A stretch of DNA of 64,000 nt from Deltaproteobacteria bacterium CG11_big_fil_rev_8_21_14_0_20_42_23 (GTDB lineage: Bacteria; UBA10199; 2-02-FULL-44-16), in assembly GCA_002796345.1 (NCBI GenBank), contig PCXC01000039.1, positions 4 to 64,003 on the forward strand. Direction: 5' to 3'. The notes beneath the pieces are model-generated. The model was not told where the DNA came from, made no database searches, and worked only from the letters and a program-made list of their open reading frames with translations. The translations under genes and the position numbers were made by a program. Below, one piece after another: positions 45,354-56,413 of this stretch. The first letter of the stretch is position 1. The number at the start of each line of letters is the position of its first letter.

Positions 45354-46175
45354 TTGCAACATCTTAAAAATGAAGAAAGTTCATCTTTTTCTTCTCCTCT
45401 CCGTCGCTTCTTAATTTCACTTGGACTTCAAGTCCTTTCTTTTCTTCGCTTTGTAGGTGAGTTGAGTTTTTTTTCTTGGAAAGGATTTACGCAAAGTTTT
45501 CGCAGACCTTTTCCCTTTCGCGAAACACTTGCGCAATGTTTTGTTATCGGAAACAAATCACTTTCTATTGTAAGCTTGATCGCCATTTTTACCGGAATGG
45601 TGATTGCGCTTCAATTGGCAGTTGGGCTTGGACGATTTGGCCTGAAGATGTACATCGGCCAAATAGTTGGCTTGGCTATTTTTAGAGAATTGAGCCCGGT
45701 GCTTACCTGCCTCATGCTTGCAGCAAGAGTGGGAAGTGGTATCGCCGCAGAGCTTGGTTCCATGGTAGTTACAGAGCAGGTGCTGGCTTTAGAAGCAATG
45801 GGAGCAAGCCCTGTGCAAAAGCTTGTGGTGCCACGTGTTATTTCGTGTCTTGTGGCAGCTCCTTTTTTAACCGTTATTTCCAATTTGATTGGTATTTTTG
45901 GCGCGGGGCTTATCACTTGTTCTGAAGCAGGTGTGACCGCACACTTTTTTATCGATCAAATTAAGCACACGGTTTTACTTCAGGATTTTTTCAGTGGAAT
46001 TTTTAAAGCACTTTTTTTTGGATACGTCATCGCCATCACAGCTTGTTATCATGGTCTTAAAACCCAGGGAGGAACAGAAGGAGTTGGGCTTTCCACCACA
46101 AAAGCAGTAGTGCATGCATCGATTATTATTTTTATATCAGATTTTTTTCTGACGAAACTTTTTCTCTTTTTCTAA
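45354..46175 (+). CDS. mlaE: Mla-type ABC transporter permease (MlaE/YrbE family)
   Basis: TTG start 4 nt after an AAGGAGAGA RBS. The MlaE topology and conserved loop FRELSPVLTCLMLAARVGSGIAAELGSM are present. Confidence 0.75.
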   Translation: MQHLKNEESSSFSSPLRRFLISLGLQVLSFLRFVGELSFFSWKGFTQSFRRPFPFRETLAQCFVIGNKSLSIVSLIAIFTGMVIALQLAVGLGRFGLKMYIGQIVGLAIFRELSPVLTCLMLAARVGSGIAAELGSMVVTEQVLALEAMGASPVQKLVVPRVISCLVAAPFLTVISNLIGIFGAGLITCSEAGVTAHFFIDQIKHTVLLQDFFSGIFKALFFGYVIAITACYHGLKTQGGTEGVGLSTTKAVVHASIIIFISDFFLTKLFLFF

Positions 46176-46176
46176 T

Positions 46177-46914
46177 ATGGATATTATCGAATTCAAACAG
46201 GTGTTTAAATCTTTTGGCCAAAAAGACGTGCTAAAGGACACAAGCCTTTCTGTAAAAGAAGGAGAAACCATTACTATTCTGGGAGGAAGCGGAACAGGAA
46301 AGTCGGTGTTTCTCAAATTGTTACTTGGAGTGATGAAGCCTGATGAGGGTGAAATCTTTTATCGAGGTGAAAATATTGTTGAGATGAATGAACAACGACT
46401 CACTGAAATGCGAAAGAAAATTGGAATGCTTTTTCAAGGAGCAGCTTTATTGGATTCATTAAGTGTAAGAGAAAATGTTGCTTATCCGCTTCGTCAACAT
46501 TTTAAACTTAAAGATGATGAGTTGGAACAGCGCGTTCAGGAAAAGCTTTCCCTGGTTGGACTTCCCGACAGCTTGGATTTGTATCCTTCGGAATTATCGG
46601 GAGGAATGAAAAAACGAGTTGGCCTAGCGCGTGCCATAGCAACTGACCCTGAAATAATTTTGTATGATGAACCTACAACAGGTCTTGATCCAGCGAATAC
46701 AAAAAGAATCAATCATCTTATTAAAGAATTGCAGAAAAAACTTTCGGTTACTTCCATAGCCGTAACGCATGATATAGAAAGCGCGTTTTTTATTAGCGAT
46801 CGATTTGCTTTATTGAAAAATCATTCATTTCGTTTTGTAGGAACCAAAGAAGAGGCGAAGCATTCAACAGATGAAGTAGTTCAAGGTTTTTTAAATGGTG
46901 AACTCGAAGAGTAA
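46177..46914 (+). CDS. mlaF: Mla-type ABC transporter ATP-binding protein
   Basis: Walker A GGSGTGKSV, signature LSGGMKKRVGLARA and Walker B IILYDEP. Confidence 0.8.
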   Translation: MDIIEFKQVFKSFGQKDVLKDTSLSVKEGETITILGGSGTGKSVFLKLLLGVMKPDEGEIFYRGENIVEMNEQRLTEMRKKIGMLFQGAALLDSLSVRENVAYPLRQHFKLKDDELEQRVQEKLSLVGLPDSLDLYPSELSGGMKKRVGLARAIATDPEIILYDEPTTGLDPANTKRINHLIKELQKKLSVTSIAVTHDIESAFFISDRFALLKNHSFRFVGTKEEAKHSTDEVVQGFLNGELEE

Positions 46915-46929
46915 AGCTAAGGATATTTT

Positions 46930-47763
46930 ATGAAAAAAGAAAAAATGACAGAAGTACGAGTAGGAATTTTTGTTGTTCTGGGTCTTTCTCTCTTGATGCT
47001 GAGCATTTTTATGCTGGGGGAAGATGCCGGACTTTTTCAAAAAGAATATGCTTTGAACGCACAATTTATATCAGCAAGTGGATTGAGACCAGGTGCTGCC
47101 GTTCAACTTGCAGGAGTGCGAATTGGAACTGTTGACGAGATTATGCTGCCAAAAACACTTGAAGATAAAAAGGTAAACATCAAACTTCGAGTAGAAGAAA
47201 AATATCAAGACTATCTTCGCGTGGATAGCAAGGCTTCTATTCGTACACAGGGTTTGCTTGGTGATAAGTATATTTTTATTTCAGTGGGAAGTACTGATGC
47301 TGCAAAGCTTTCCGCTGATGATTACATGAACACCGAAACAATTGGCGACATGGCATCCGTCTTTGAAAAGTCGAATGTGCTTATCAATAATTTGAATGAA
47401 CTTTCAGCATCTGTTCGAGATCTTCTAAGAAAAGATGGAGATAAAGAAGGTGATTTAAGGATGATTGTTTCATCGTTGAGAAAAACGTTGGAAGAAATTG
47501 AAAAAGGTGATGGAGCAATTCACAGCCTTATTTTTGATAAAGAAGGCGGAGCCGTTGCTGGTGATTTGGGAAAAACATTAGAATCGCTTAAGCATGTGGC
47601 CAGTGATTTAGAATCTGGAGAAGGAACATTGGGCAGGTTGATCTCAGACCCCGCACTGTACAACGATTTTCGTACGCTCATGGGAAGAGCAAATAGAAAT
47701 AAACTTCTTCGATCTGTCATTCGAAAAACACTCGAAGAAAACGAGAGGCAAGTGTTGAAATAG
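46930..47763 (+). CDS. mlaD: MCE-domain substrate-binding protein (MlaD family)
   Basis: An N-terminal TM anchor followed by an MCE domain ([20 protein letters not shown]). Confidence 0.7.
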   Translation: MKKEKMTEVRVGIFVVLGLSLLMLSIFMLGEDAGLFQKEYALNAQFISASGLRPGAAVQLAGVRIGTVDEIMLPKTLEDKKVNIKLRVEEKYQDYLRVDSKASIRTQGLLGDKYIFISVGSTDAAKLSADDYMNTETIGDMASVFEKSNVLINNLNELSASVRDLLRKDGDKEGDLRMIVSSLRKTLEEIEKGDGAIHSLIFDKEGGAVAGDLGKTLESLKHVASDLESGEGTLGRLISDPALYNDFRTLMGRANRNKLLRSVIRKTLEENERQVLK

Positions 47764-47837
47764 CAAAAAAATCATGCTATTATCAAAACATAGCGGCAGT
47801 TTTGAAAGCTGTTTCTACCCTCACCAAAGGAGGAATT

Positions 47838-49940
47838 ATGTCATACGATGTCGGAACTCGGCACGCCCTTGTGGATTACATAGCTGGACTCCATGACGAA
47901 CTTAGCAACTACAAAGACTTACACTGGGAAGGAAATTTTTCAGATTATCTGGAAATTGTGGAGAAGAATCCGAAGGTTGCAAGAACGGCGTTCCAACGAC
48001 TCTATGACATGATTATTCGAGAAGGCAGTGAAGAATACAGCGAATATAAAAAACGCATCGTTCATTATAACTTCTTTGAAGATCCAGTCGAAAACGGAAA
48101 AGATGCCATTTATGGTTTAGACCTTCCGCTGATGAAATTGGTGAATGTCTTCCAAGCGGCGGCAAGAAGATATGGCCCAGAAAAACGTATCATCCTTTTG
48201 CATGGCCCTGTAGGTGGCGCAAAATCTACCATTGCGCGCCTTTTGAAAAAAGGTCTCGAGCGTTACAGTAAACTCGAAGAAGGTGCACTCTACAGCTTCA
48301 CCTGGATTCGTGGTGGTGTTGAAGGCATCGAACACATTTTTGGAACAGCAGAATCTATTCCGTGCCCTATGAATGGTGAGCCGCTTTTGCTTATCCCCGA
48401 AGACATTCGAAAAAAAGTTCTGCTTAAAATAAACGACAAACTTCCTCGCGAAGAGCATGTGATCGTAGAGGGCGATTTGTGTCCAGCTTCACGTTTTATT
48501 TACAACGAGTTATTAAAGCACCACAAAGGAAAATGGGATGATGTGGTGAACAACCATGTTAAGGTAAGAAGATTAGTGCTTTCAGAAAAAGATCGAATTG
48601 GAATTGGAACGTTTCAGCCAAAAGATGAAAAAAACCAAGATGCCACTGAGTTAACAGGCGACATCAACTATAGAAAAATTGCTGAGTACGGTTCAGATTC
48701 AGATCCACGTGCCTTTAATTTTGATGGTGAGTTCAACATTTCCAATAGAGGAATGATTGAATTTATCGAGGTGCTCAAATTAGATGTGGCATTCTTGTAC
48801 GATTTGCTAGGCGCGTCGCAAGAGCACAAAGTGAAACCAAAGAAATTTGCGCAAACTGATATTGATGAAGTAATTATCGGTCATACGAACGAAGCTGAGT
48901 ATCGCAGATTGCTCAACAATGAATACATGGAAGCGCTTCGAGATCGTACCATCAAAATTGATATTCCCTACATCACAAAACTTCATGCCGAAATAAAAAT
49001 TTATGAAAAAGACTACAGCGCCGAACGTCTTCCAGGAAAACACATTGCACCTCATACGATTGAGATGGCAGCAATGTGGGCAATTCTCACACGTTTGGAA
49101 GAGCCAAAAAAAGCCAATTTAACCTTGTTGCAAAAACTGCAACTCTATAACGGGCGCTCTATTCCGGGCTATACCGAAGACAATGTAAAAGAGTTGAGAA
49201 AAGAAGCAATGCGAGAAGCCCTTGAAGGAATTTCTCCGCGTTATATTCAAGATAAAATTTCAAATGCGTTGGTTCAAGATGTTTCTGGTCATGGCATCAA
49301 TCCCTTTATGGTGCTGAATGAACTTGAAAGTGGATTGAAAAATCATTCCTTGCTCAAAGATGAACAAAAGAAACGATACCGTGAATTGCTTTCGGCGGTG
49401 AAAGAAGAATACGAAGACATCGTAAAAAATGAAGTGCAAAGAGCGATATCGGCTGATGAAGAGGGTATTTCTCGTTTGTGCGCCAACTACATCGACAATG
49501 TGAAAGCCTATACGCAAAAAGAAAAATTGAAAAATGCGTTTACCGGTCAAGATGAAGACCCTGATGAAAGGCTGATGAGATCTATCGAAGAGAAGATCGA
49601 TATTCCAGACAGCAGAAAAGACGACTTCAGACGAGAAATCATGAACTACATTGGTGCACTTTCTCTCGATGGAAAAGTGTTTGATTATCGCACCAACGAT
49701 AGGCTGCGAAAAGCGCTAGAGCTTAAATTGTTTGAAGATCAAAAAGACAGTATCAAGCTTACAAGTCTTGTTTCAAATGTTGCCGATAAAGAAACGCAAA
49801 AAAAAATTGATGTCGTGAAAAGTCGATTAATTAAATACTATGGCTATAATGAAACGAGTGCTACCGATGTCCTCAATTATGTGGCATCCATCTTTGCGCG
49901 CGGTGATATTAAAGAGAAGAAAAATCCAGCTCGTGTGTAA
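47838..49940 (+). CDS. prkA: PrkA-family serine protein kinase (AAA+ and kinase-like domains)
   Basis: Walker [11 protein letters not shown] and the PrkA C-terminal domain. RBS aaggaggaattATG at 47838; the longer ORF from 47802 has no RBS. Confidence 0.85.
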   Translation: MSYDVGTRHALVDYIAGLHDELSNYKDLHWEGNFSDYLEIVEKNPKVARTAFQRLYDMIIREGSEEYSEYKKRIVHYNFFEDPVENGKDAIYGLDLPLMKLVNVFQAAARRYGPEKRIILLHGPVGGAKSTIARLLKKGLERYSKLEEGALYSFTWIRGGVEGIEHIFGTAESIPCPMNGEPLLLIPEDIRKKVLLKINDKLPREEHVIVEGDLCPASRFIYNELLKHHKGKWDDVVNNHVKVRRLVLSEKDRIGIGTFQPKDEKNQDATELTGDINYRKIAEYGSDSDPRAFNFDGEFNISNRGMIEFIEVLKLDVAFLYDLLGASQEHKVKPKKFAQTDIDEVIIGHTNEAEYRRLLNNEYMEALRDRTIKIDIPYITKLHAEIKIYEKDYSAERLPGKHIAPHTIEMAAMWAILTRLEEPKKANLTLLQKLQLYNGRSIPGYTEDNVKELRKEAMREALEGISPRYIQDKISNALVQDVSGHGINPFMVLNELESGLKNHSLLKDEQKKRYRELLSAVKEEYEDIVKNEVQRAISADEEGISRLCANYIDNVKAYTQKEKLKNAFTGQDEDPDERLMRSIEEKIDIPDSRKDDFRREIMNYIGALSLDGKVFDYRTNDRLRKALELKLFEDQKDSIKLTSLVSNVADKETQKKIDVVKSRLIKYYGYNETSATDVLNYVASIFARGDIKEKKNPARV

Positions 49941-49965
49941 AGCGTTGTGATTTGGATTTCAAACT

Positions 49966-51063
49966 ATGGCTCAAAAAATTGATCAAGACTTGCAGCGATT
50001 TCGCCAAATTGTTCGGGGCAAAATAAAGAAACAGCTCCGAAGATTTATTTCTACAGGTGAACTCATCGGGAAAAAGGGGAATGAGCTTGTCAGCATTCCT
50101 ATCCCTCGCATTACCATTCCTCACTTTGAATTTTCAGACAAACAGCAAAATGGCGTGGGACAAGGAGATGGTGGCGATGGTGAACCTGTTGGCCCTGGTG
50201 ATGGTGGCGGAAAAGCGGGCAATACCGAAGGCAAACACTCGGTTGAAGTGGAAGTGGATTTCGAGCAACTTGCCGAGCTCTTAGGCGAAGAGCTTGAGTT
50301 GCCACGCATTGAACCGAAAGGTGAAGATCAACTTGAATCAGGCGGACTTCGCTATTCAAGTTTGGCATCCGCTGGTCCCGAAAGTCTTCGGCATAGCAAA
50401 CGAACTTTCCGCAAAGCCCTCAAGCGACAAATTGCAAGCTCCACCTATGATCCCCTGCGTCCCATCATTATTCCTGTGCGTGAAGACAGGGTGTATCGTT
50501 CGGCCAAAGTAAAACCAAAACAAAAAAGCAAAGCCCTTATTGTCTATATATTGGATGTGTCTGGTTCAATGGGAAATGAACAAAAAGAAATTGTTCGCCT
50601 CACTTCATTTTGGATCGATACTTGGCTTCGCTCGCAATATCCAGGAGTTGATGTTCGCTATATTATTCACGATGCAGTTGCAAAAGATGTAGATCGTGAA
50701 ACTTTTTTTCATACTCGGGAAAGTGGTGGTACCATTATCTCCTCTGCCTACAAGCTTTTGCTAAGGCTTATTGATGAAGAATATGATCCGAATGAATGGA
50801 ATATTTATCCCTTTCAGTTTTCGGACGGAGATAATTGGTCGGGCAATGATACTGAAGAGTGCCTTAAAATTTTAAACGAACGCATTCTTCCTATTTCAAA
50901 TATGTTTTGCTACGGCCAAGTTGAAAGTGAATACGGAAGCGGCCAATTTCTTCAAGATCTTTTAGGACGTTTTAAAGAGGATGAGCGTGTGGTGACAGCA
51001 AAAATTCCAGGAAGAGAATCTATTTCATCTGCCATTAAAACTTTTTTGGGCAAAGGAAAATAA
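49966..51063 (+). CDS. yeaH: YeaH/YhbH family protein (DUF444, vWA-like), a PrkA partner
   Basis: A Gly/Asp-rich [21 protein letters not shown] loop and the vWA-like DVSGSMG motif. The prkA-yeaH-spoVR order is conserved. Confidence 0.75.
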   Translation: MAQKIDQDLQRFRQIVRGKIKKQLRRFISTGELIGKKGNELVSIPIPRITIPHFEFSDKQQNGVGQGDGGDGEPVGPGDGGGKAGNTEGKHSVEVEVDFEQLAELLGEELELPRIEPKGEDQLESGGLRYSSLASAGPESLRHSKRTFRKALKRQIASSTYDPLRPIIIPVREDRVYRSAKVKPKQKSKALIVYILDVSGSMGNEQKEIVRLTSFWIDTWLRSQYPGVDVRYIIHDAVAKDVDRETFFHTRESGGTIISSAYKLLLRLIDEEYDPNEWNIYPFQFSDGDNWSGNDTEECLKILNERILPISNMFCYGQVESEYGSGQFLQDLLGRFKEDERVVTAKIPGRESISSAIKTFLGKGK

Positions 51064-51065
51064 GC

Positions 51066-52568
51066 ATGACTCATGCTGTTTATAAAAAATATGACACAAG
51101 CCTTTCGCCAGAACTGCTTGCCATAAAAAAGAAAGTGAAGCTTTGTGCAGAAGAGTTTGGGCTCGATTTTTTTGAAGTTATTTTCGAAGTTCTTGACTGG
51201 CGGCAAATCAATGAAGTAGCTGCATTTGGTGGTTTTCCAAATCGTTATCCACACTGGAGATTTGGAATGGAGTATGAGCAACTCAGCAAAAGTTATGCTT
51301 ACGGACTTTCAAAAATTTATGAAATGGTCATTAACAATAATCCTTGTTATGCTTACTTGCTTCATTCAAATCAACTTGTGGATCAAAAATTAGTGATGGC
51401 GCATGTATATGGCCACTGTGATTTTTTCAAAAATAATATTTATTTTGCGCACACCAATCGAAAAATGATGGATGAAATGGCCAATCACCGTACAAAAGTG
51501 ATTCGCCATATCGAACGTTATGGCAGAGAGACGGTTGAGGATTTTATTGATGCATGTCTTTCTATCGACACTCTTATAGATTACAATGCGCCAGCTATTC
51601 GCAGAAAATCAATTGAGCATCATCAAGATGCTTCTGGAATTATTCATCGTCTGCATACCGATAAGCCTTATTTAGACAAATTTATCAATCCCCCGGAATT
51701 CCTGGAATATCAACGTCAGCAGCTTGAAGACCAGTTGGAACGTGAACAAAAACTTCCGCTCGAACCTGAAAAAGACATCATGCTCTTTTTGCTTGAGCAT
51801 GCTCCTTTAGAAAGATGGCAACACGATGTCTTGTCCATCATTCGTGAAGAAGCTTATTATTTTGCTCCACAAATGCAGACAAAAATTATTAATGAGGGCT
51901 GGGCGTGTTATGTGCACACGAGATTAATGACTGAAAAACTTTTAACTGATGATGAAGTAATAGATTATGCCGATCACCATTCTGGAACAGTGGCAATGCA
52001 AAAGGGTGGACCCATCAATCCTTACAAAATTGGCTTAGAGCTTTTTCGAGACATTGAGGATCGCTGGAACAAAGGAAAATTTGGAAAAGAGTACGAAGAC
52101 TGTACCAATATGGTAGAACGAGAAAAATGGGATAAAAAACTTGGACTTGGAAGAGAGAAAATTTTCGAGGTAAGAAAAATTTACAATGACATTAACTTTT
52201 TAGAAACATTTCTTACTCCTGAATTTTGTGCGCAGCATAAACTTTTTGTGTACGCACTTAATCCCACTGCAGACCAATACGAAATTGTGACGCGCGAGTT
52301 TAAAAAGGTGAAGCAACAGATTCTCTTTCAGATGACCAATTTTGGAAGGCCCATTATTCATGTGGTGGATGCAAGATACCAAGGCAGAGACGAGCTTTTG
52401 CTCAAGCATTCTCACGAGGGAATGGATTTGCGCGATGATTATCGCAAAGAAGTCATGCAAAATCTTTTCCGTTTCTGGCGGCGACCAGTTCACCTTGAAA
52501 CTATCGCAGAGGGCACAGCAAAAATTTTAAGCTTCGATGGACACAACCACAGCGAAAAAAGACTTTAG
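51066..52568 (+). CDS. spoVR: SpoVR family protein
   Basis: Full-length match to the SpoVR architecture. It lies 3 nt after the yeaH stop. Confidence 0.8.
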   Translation: MTHAVYKKYDTSLSPELLAIKKKVKLCAEEFGLDFFEVIFEVLDWRQINEVAAFGGFPNRYPHWRFGMEYEQLSKSYAYGLSKIYEMVINNNPCYAYLLHSNQLVDQKLVMAHVYGHCDFFKNNIYFAHTNRKMMDEMANHRTKVIRHIERYGRETVEDFIDACLSIDTLIDYNAPAIRRKSIEHHQDASGIIHRLHTDKPYLDKFINPPEFLEYQRQQLEDQLEREQKLPLEPEKDIMLFLLEHAPLERWQHDVLSIIREEAYYFAPQMQTKIINEGWACYVHTRLMTEKLLTDDEVIDYADHHSGTVAMQKGGPINPYKIGLELFRDIEDRWNKGKFGKEYEDCTNMVEREKWDKKLGLGREKIFEVRKIYNDINFLETFLTPEFCAQHKLFVYALNPTADQYEIVTREFKKVKQQILFQMTNFGRPIIHVVDARYQGRDELLLKHSHEGMDLRDDYRKEVMQNLFRFWRRPVHLETIAEGTAKILSFDGHNHSEKRL

Positions 52569-52569
52569 A

Positions 52570-53310
52570 TCAGTTGTCTTTACTCTTATATCCCACCAAA
52601 AAAACGCTTCCCATAATAAGTGAACTGCAGATGCCCAAGCCATAGGCGCCAATCCAAAAAGTGATGATAATGTTGAAGAGAGCGATTGAAAAATAAAAGA
52701 GTGTGCAGAGTTTTGATGTTTGAAACGATAAACGCTCTTTCAACAGCTTCCAAAGCAATTCATTCACTGCAATCACAATGGCAGCAACTAAAAACCAACC
52801 AGCAAAATTGCTGAGAGGCACATCAAAATACCAGCCAGGGTTTGGATAATAGTAAATTTCTCCCAAAAACCATTTGCTTCCCAAGTGAGCTATTGGATCA
52901 ATTACTACATCAAGCAGTGTCGTGAAAAGCGCTCCAGTTGTGATTCTGAGAAGAGTTGCTTGTCTTGGCGAGGCGGTGAAAGTATGTGCTAAAACATTTG
53001 AATGCTGAAGACGAAGCGACATGCAGTATCCAGCAAAAATTAAAAAAGGATAAGAAAGGGAATCAAAAAACGGCACGCCAGCAACAAGCAGTTCGCCTGG
53101 CATGTTTTGGTAATGATAGAAATACCAACCGTACGGGAAACCATAGTTGATAGAGAGATATTCAGAAAACCAGGCAATGACATAGCCGCTGAAAAGCCAC
53201 AGCAAGCTGCGTTTCAAGTTCCACAAACGAATGGAAAGAAAAAGATATCCCGCCAAAAATGCAAAGACATAAGGTCGATTCATTATTGTTGTTATGAGAG
53301 CATCGATCAT
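52570..53310 (-). CDS. Polytopic membrane protein, possibly DUF422/carotenoid-biosynthesis-associated; uncertain
   Basis: Seven hydrophobic segments rich in aromatic residues. The family assignment is from memory only. Confidence 0.35.
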   Translation of the reverse strand: MIDALITTIMNRPYVFAFLAGYLFLSIRLWNLKRSLLWLFSGYVIAWFSEYLSINYGFPYGWYFYHYQNMPGELLVAGVPFFDSLSYPFLIFAGYCMSLRLQHSNVLAHTFTASPRQATLLRITTGALFTTLLDVVIDPIAHLGSKWFLGEIYYYPNPGWYFDVPLSNFAGWFLVAAIVIAVNELLWKLLKERLSFQTSKLCTLFYFSIALFNIIITFWIGAYGLGICSSLIMGSVFLVGYKSKDN

Positions 53311-53315
53311 AAAAC

Positions 53316-54296
53316 TTATTTCATCCTTTGCTGATATGAGTGAAGAGCGTCTTTAAGCGTTGTTTCAACATCATGAGTTGGAATCCCAAAATGAGTTTGG
53401 AGTTTACTGCTATCAAAGCGCCATGGTTTTGCAACCGCTTTCAAAAAAGATAATCGTGCAAGCGGAGTTCGTTGCAAAATGTTTGCAATGTGCTCACCAC
53501 AAAAAACAAGTACAAAAAGAAGTGTGTAAGGCAAATGGATGAAGAATTTTTTTTCACCCGAAACAATATTCATTTTTTCTAGAAGATGACGAAGTGAAAT
53601 GTTTTCACCTCCTGCGATATAAAGCGCTTCAGAACTGGATTTGAAGAGAGCTGCTACGGAATAGGCTGCAAGGTCTCGTACATCGATGAGGTTTATGATG
53701 GTGTTGTAATAAAAAACACATTTGTGCTTTAGAAAAGCACGAAGAATACTTTGGGTTGCAGAGTGTATGTTGTCGCCGGGGCCAAAAACTGCGCTCGGCC
53801 GAAAAATGGTAGTGGGAATATAAGGCGAAAGTTCTTCAAGAATCAGTTGTTCTGCCAGGTATTTGCTCCGCTCGTAACTCCCTTCGGCTGACGCTAGTGA
53901 ACAGAAGCTGCTTTCATCACGTTTTTCTCCATTTTTACTCGCGCCCATCACCATGGCACTTGAGAAATATAAAAAGCGTTCAATTTTTTCTTCGCGAGCA
54001 ATGCGAATGAGATTTCGGGTGCCTTCCACATTCACATCAAAATATATTTCAGCAGAAGGTGACCAAAGAGCGGTGTGAGCTGCAGCATGAATGATAAAGC
54101 TGGCTTTTTTGCAAGCACGTTTTAAGTCGAGAGGATTTCTAATGTCTCCGTAAATGCAGGTGAGAAGCGGATGAGAAGGGAATGTTTCGTTTTGGTGCAG
54201 CAGAGCGATGACAGGAATTTTTTTTTCAAGGAGAAGCTTGCAAATATGAGAGCCAATGAAACCGCCAGCGCCTGTTACAAAAACAGTCTTAGGCAT
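53316..54296 (-). CDS. NAD-dependent epimerase/dehydratase (extended SDR) family protein
   Basis: N-terminal VFVTGAGGFIGSHICKLL Rossmann motif and a YxxxK catalytic dyad (YERSK). Confidence 0.75.
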   Translation of the reverse strand: MPKTVFVTGAGGFIGSHICKLLLEKKIPVIALLHQNETFPSHPLLTCIYGDIRNPLDLKRACKKASFIIHAAAHTALWSPSAEIYFDVNVEGTRNLIRIAREEKIERFLYFSSAMVMGASKNGEKRDESSFCSLASAEGSYERSKYLAEQLILEELSPYIPTTIFRPSAVFGPGDNIHSATQSILRAFLKHKCVFYYNTIINLIDVRDLAAYSVAALFKSSSEALYIAGGENISLRHLLEKMNIVSGEKKFFIHLPYTLLFVLVFCGEHIANILQRTPLARLSFLKAVAKPWRFDSSKLQTHFGIPTHDVETTLKDALHSYQQRMK

Positions 54297-55254
54297 AGCC
54301 TTTAATCTCGAGAAGAGCTTTTACAATGCGAGGTTCCCACTGACCAGATTCAATTTCTTTCGCGAAGATGGAAAGGGCTTTTTCTTCACTCATGCCAGAT
54401 CGGTAAGGGCGGTCTTCGGTCATGGCATCGAACGTATCGGCAACAGCTGTAATGCGAGCTGCAAGTGGAATATCTTCCCCGCAGAGATTGTCGGGGTAGC
54501 CTTTGCCGTCAATGCGTTCGTGGTGAGAACGGATAATTGGCAAACAAGGCTCCAAGCTTTTAAGAGGGGCACAAATATCGTGGCCTCTAATAGGGTGTGT
54601 TTTGATGTTGTCCATTTCGTCATCACTGAGTCTGCCAGGTTTGAGCAGCACGGCTTCCTTTACACCAATTTTTCCAATATCGTGAAGCAGTCCGCCCTTA
54701 CGAATGTATTCAATTTCCTTGTCGGGAAGACGGAGAAAATAGGCAAGCTGTACCGAAAGCTCTGATACCCGTTTCGAGTGGCCGCTGGTATAGACATCTT
54801 TTGCCTCCAAGGCTTCGGCAAGAGAAAAAAGTATGCTTTCGCTTGAATCTACATTGTCATGCAGCATTTTCATGTGCAGCAACGATTTGATGCGCGTCAC
54901 AAATTCTAATGGACTGACGGGATGCGAAGAAAAATCATTGGCCCCAAGTTCAATGGCCTTAATTTTATCTTCGATATCTTGAATGTGGTTGGTGATGAGA
55001 ACGGGAATAAAGTGAGTGTTTGGATTTTGCTTCACTTCGCGCAAAACAGAAAAACCAGATAAATAAGGAAGAACGAGATTGAGCAAAATGAGATCTGGCG
55101 TGGTTTTTCGGATGGTGTTTAAAGCGCTGTCGCCGTCACGCACAAGATCTAAATGGAATGAAAAAGGTTTTAACTGTTCAAGAAAAAAAGAAATACGCTC
55201 TTCTTGTGTATCAATAATCAAGATGCGTGGAGTTCGTCTTGTTTTGATGATCAT
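54289..55254 (-). CDS. Two-component response regulator with an HD-GYP phosphodiesterase output domain
   Basis: A receiver domain (ILIIDTQEE ... DLILLNLVLP) followed by HD-GYP motifs HDIGKIGV and HHERIDGKGYP. The probable start is ATG at 55254; the longer ORF from 55428 has an unlikely N-terminal extension. Confidence 0.75.
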   Translation of the reverse strand: MIIKTRRTPRILIIDTQEERISFFLEQLKPFSFHLDLVRDGDSALNTIRKTTPDLILLNLVLPYLSGFSVLREVKQNPNTHFIPVLITNHIQDIEDKIKAIELGANDFSSHPVSPLEFVTRIKSLLHMKMLHDNVDSSESILFSLAEALEAKDVYTSGHSKRVSELSVQLAYFLRLPDKEIEYIRKGGLLHDIGKIGVKEAVLLKPGRLSDDEMDNIKTHPIRGHDICAPLKSLEPCLPIIRSHHERIDGKGYPDNLCGEDIPLAARITAVADTFDAMTEDRPYRSGMSEEKALSIFAKEIESGQWEPRIVKALLEIKGYA

Positions 55255-55432
55255 GGGGCACATGCCTAGCAAATGCGTTTGTGGAGTGCAAGGGATAGCT
55301 GTGTGATTTCCCATTTTTCTCTCAACTCTGCTTGCTTGAATTGGAAAAGTGCGATAGTTCCATTCCACTCGGTGTTCGAAAATACTTTTTTCCTTCTTCA
55401 CCATGAGAAAACTCACATAAAGGAGCAAAATA

Positions 55433-55716
55433 TGTTTCGTCTTTTGCGATTAATTCTTCTTATTGTTGTTATTGCGGTTGCTGTGTTTGCAGTGACTGGT
55501 TACAAAATTAATGGAAAAACCATTCAGGATTATTATCATAGCTTGAGTGAAAATAAAGAAGTGAAAGAAGGCATGAAAGACCTGCGAGTGTTGGTTGGTG
55601 AGGCGATGAAGGCAGTTGGCGAAGAAATGTCAGACACCATTAGCGATGAAGATAGAGAAAAAATGGAAGACTTAGTGAAAAAAGAATTAGAAGAAGGAAA
55701 GAAAGTGAAAAAGTAA
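55433..55716 (+). CDS. Small membrane-anchored acidic protein, hypothetical
   Basis: RBS aaaggagcaaaatATG. N-terminal TM LLRLILLIVVIAVAVFAV followed by a Glu/Lys-rich tail. Confidence 0.35.
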
Positions 55717-55720
55717 TTGT

Positions 55721-56413
55721 ATGTCTTCATCCCGTCAGTTTTTGAAAGAAATCTACTCACATCTTTTTGAAGTTTTTGGTGCACAAAAATGGTGGCCAGC
55801 GGAAACTCCCTTCGAAGTGATGGTTGGCGCCATCCTTACCCAAAATACAAATTGGAAAAATGTAGAAAAGGCTTTGCAGAACTTGAAGCAAAGTGCTGCT
55901 TTGCAACCTAACGCTATGTATCAACTTTCCACGTCTGAACTTGAGCTGCTCATCCAGCCATCTGGCTTCTTTCGTCAAAAAGCAAAACGCTTGAAAACTT
56001 TTCTGAAGTATTTTTTGGAAGAATACGAAGGTGATGTTGCGCTTATGAAAGAAAAATCAACATCAGCACTCAGAGAAGAGTTGTTAGCTCTAAAAGGCAT
56101 TGGCCCTGAAACTGCCGATTCCATTTTGTTGTATGCTTTGGAAAAACCAATTTTCGTGATTGATGCCTACACAAAAAGAATTTTATTTCGTCATTATTTA
56201 GCACTCGAAGAAGATGATTATGAAAGTTTGCAAGACCGCTTCCACTCGTCGTTTGCTGACGATCATGTTTACTTCAACGAATACCATGCTCTGCTTGTGC
56301 AAGTAGGAAAAAACTACTGTCGTCCAAAAAATCCAAAGTGCAGCGAATGCCCGTTAAATGCATTCAATTGGAACGGTGGAACGTATCAACGTCTCTCATC
56401 CTCTATGGAGTAA
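55721..56413 (+). CDS. Endonuclease III-like HhH-GPD DNA glycosylase family protein
   Basis: An HhH-GPD core (ILTQNTNW ... LKGIGPETADSILLYAL ... VIDAYTKRI) and a C-terminal Cys cluster CRPKNPKCSEC. Confidence 0.65.
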   Translation: MSSSRQFLKEIYSHLFEVFGAQKWWPAETPFEVMVGAILTQNTNWKNVEKALQNLKQSAALQPNAMYQLSTSELELLIQPSGFFRQKAKRLKTFLKYFLEEYEGDVALMKEKSTSALREELLALKGIGPETADSILLYALEKPIFVIDAYTKRILFRHYLALEEDDYESLQDRFHSSFADDHVYFNEYHALLVQVGKNYCRPKNPKCSECPLNAFNWNGGTYQRLSSSME

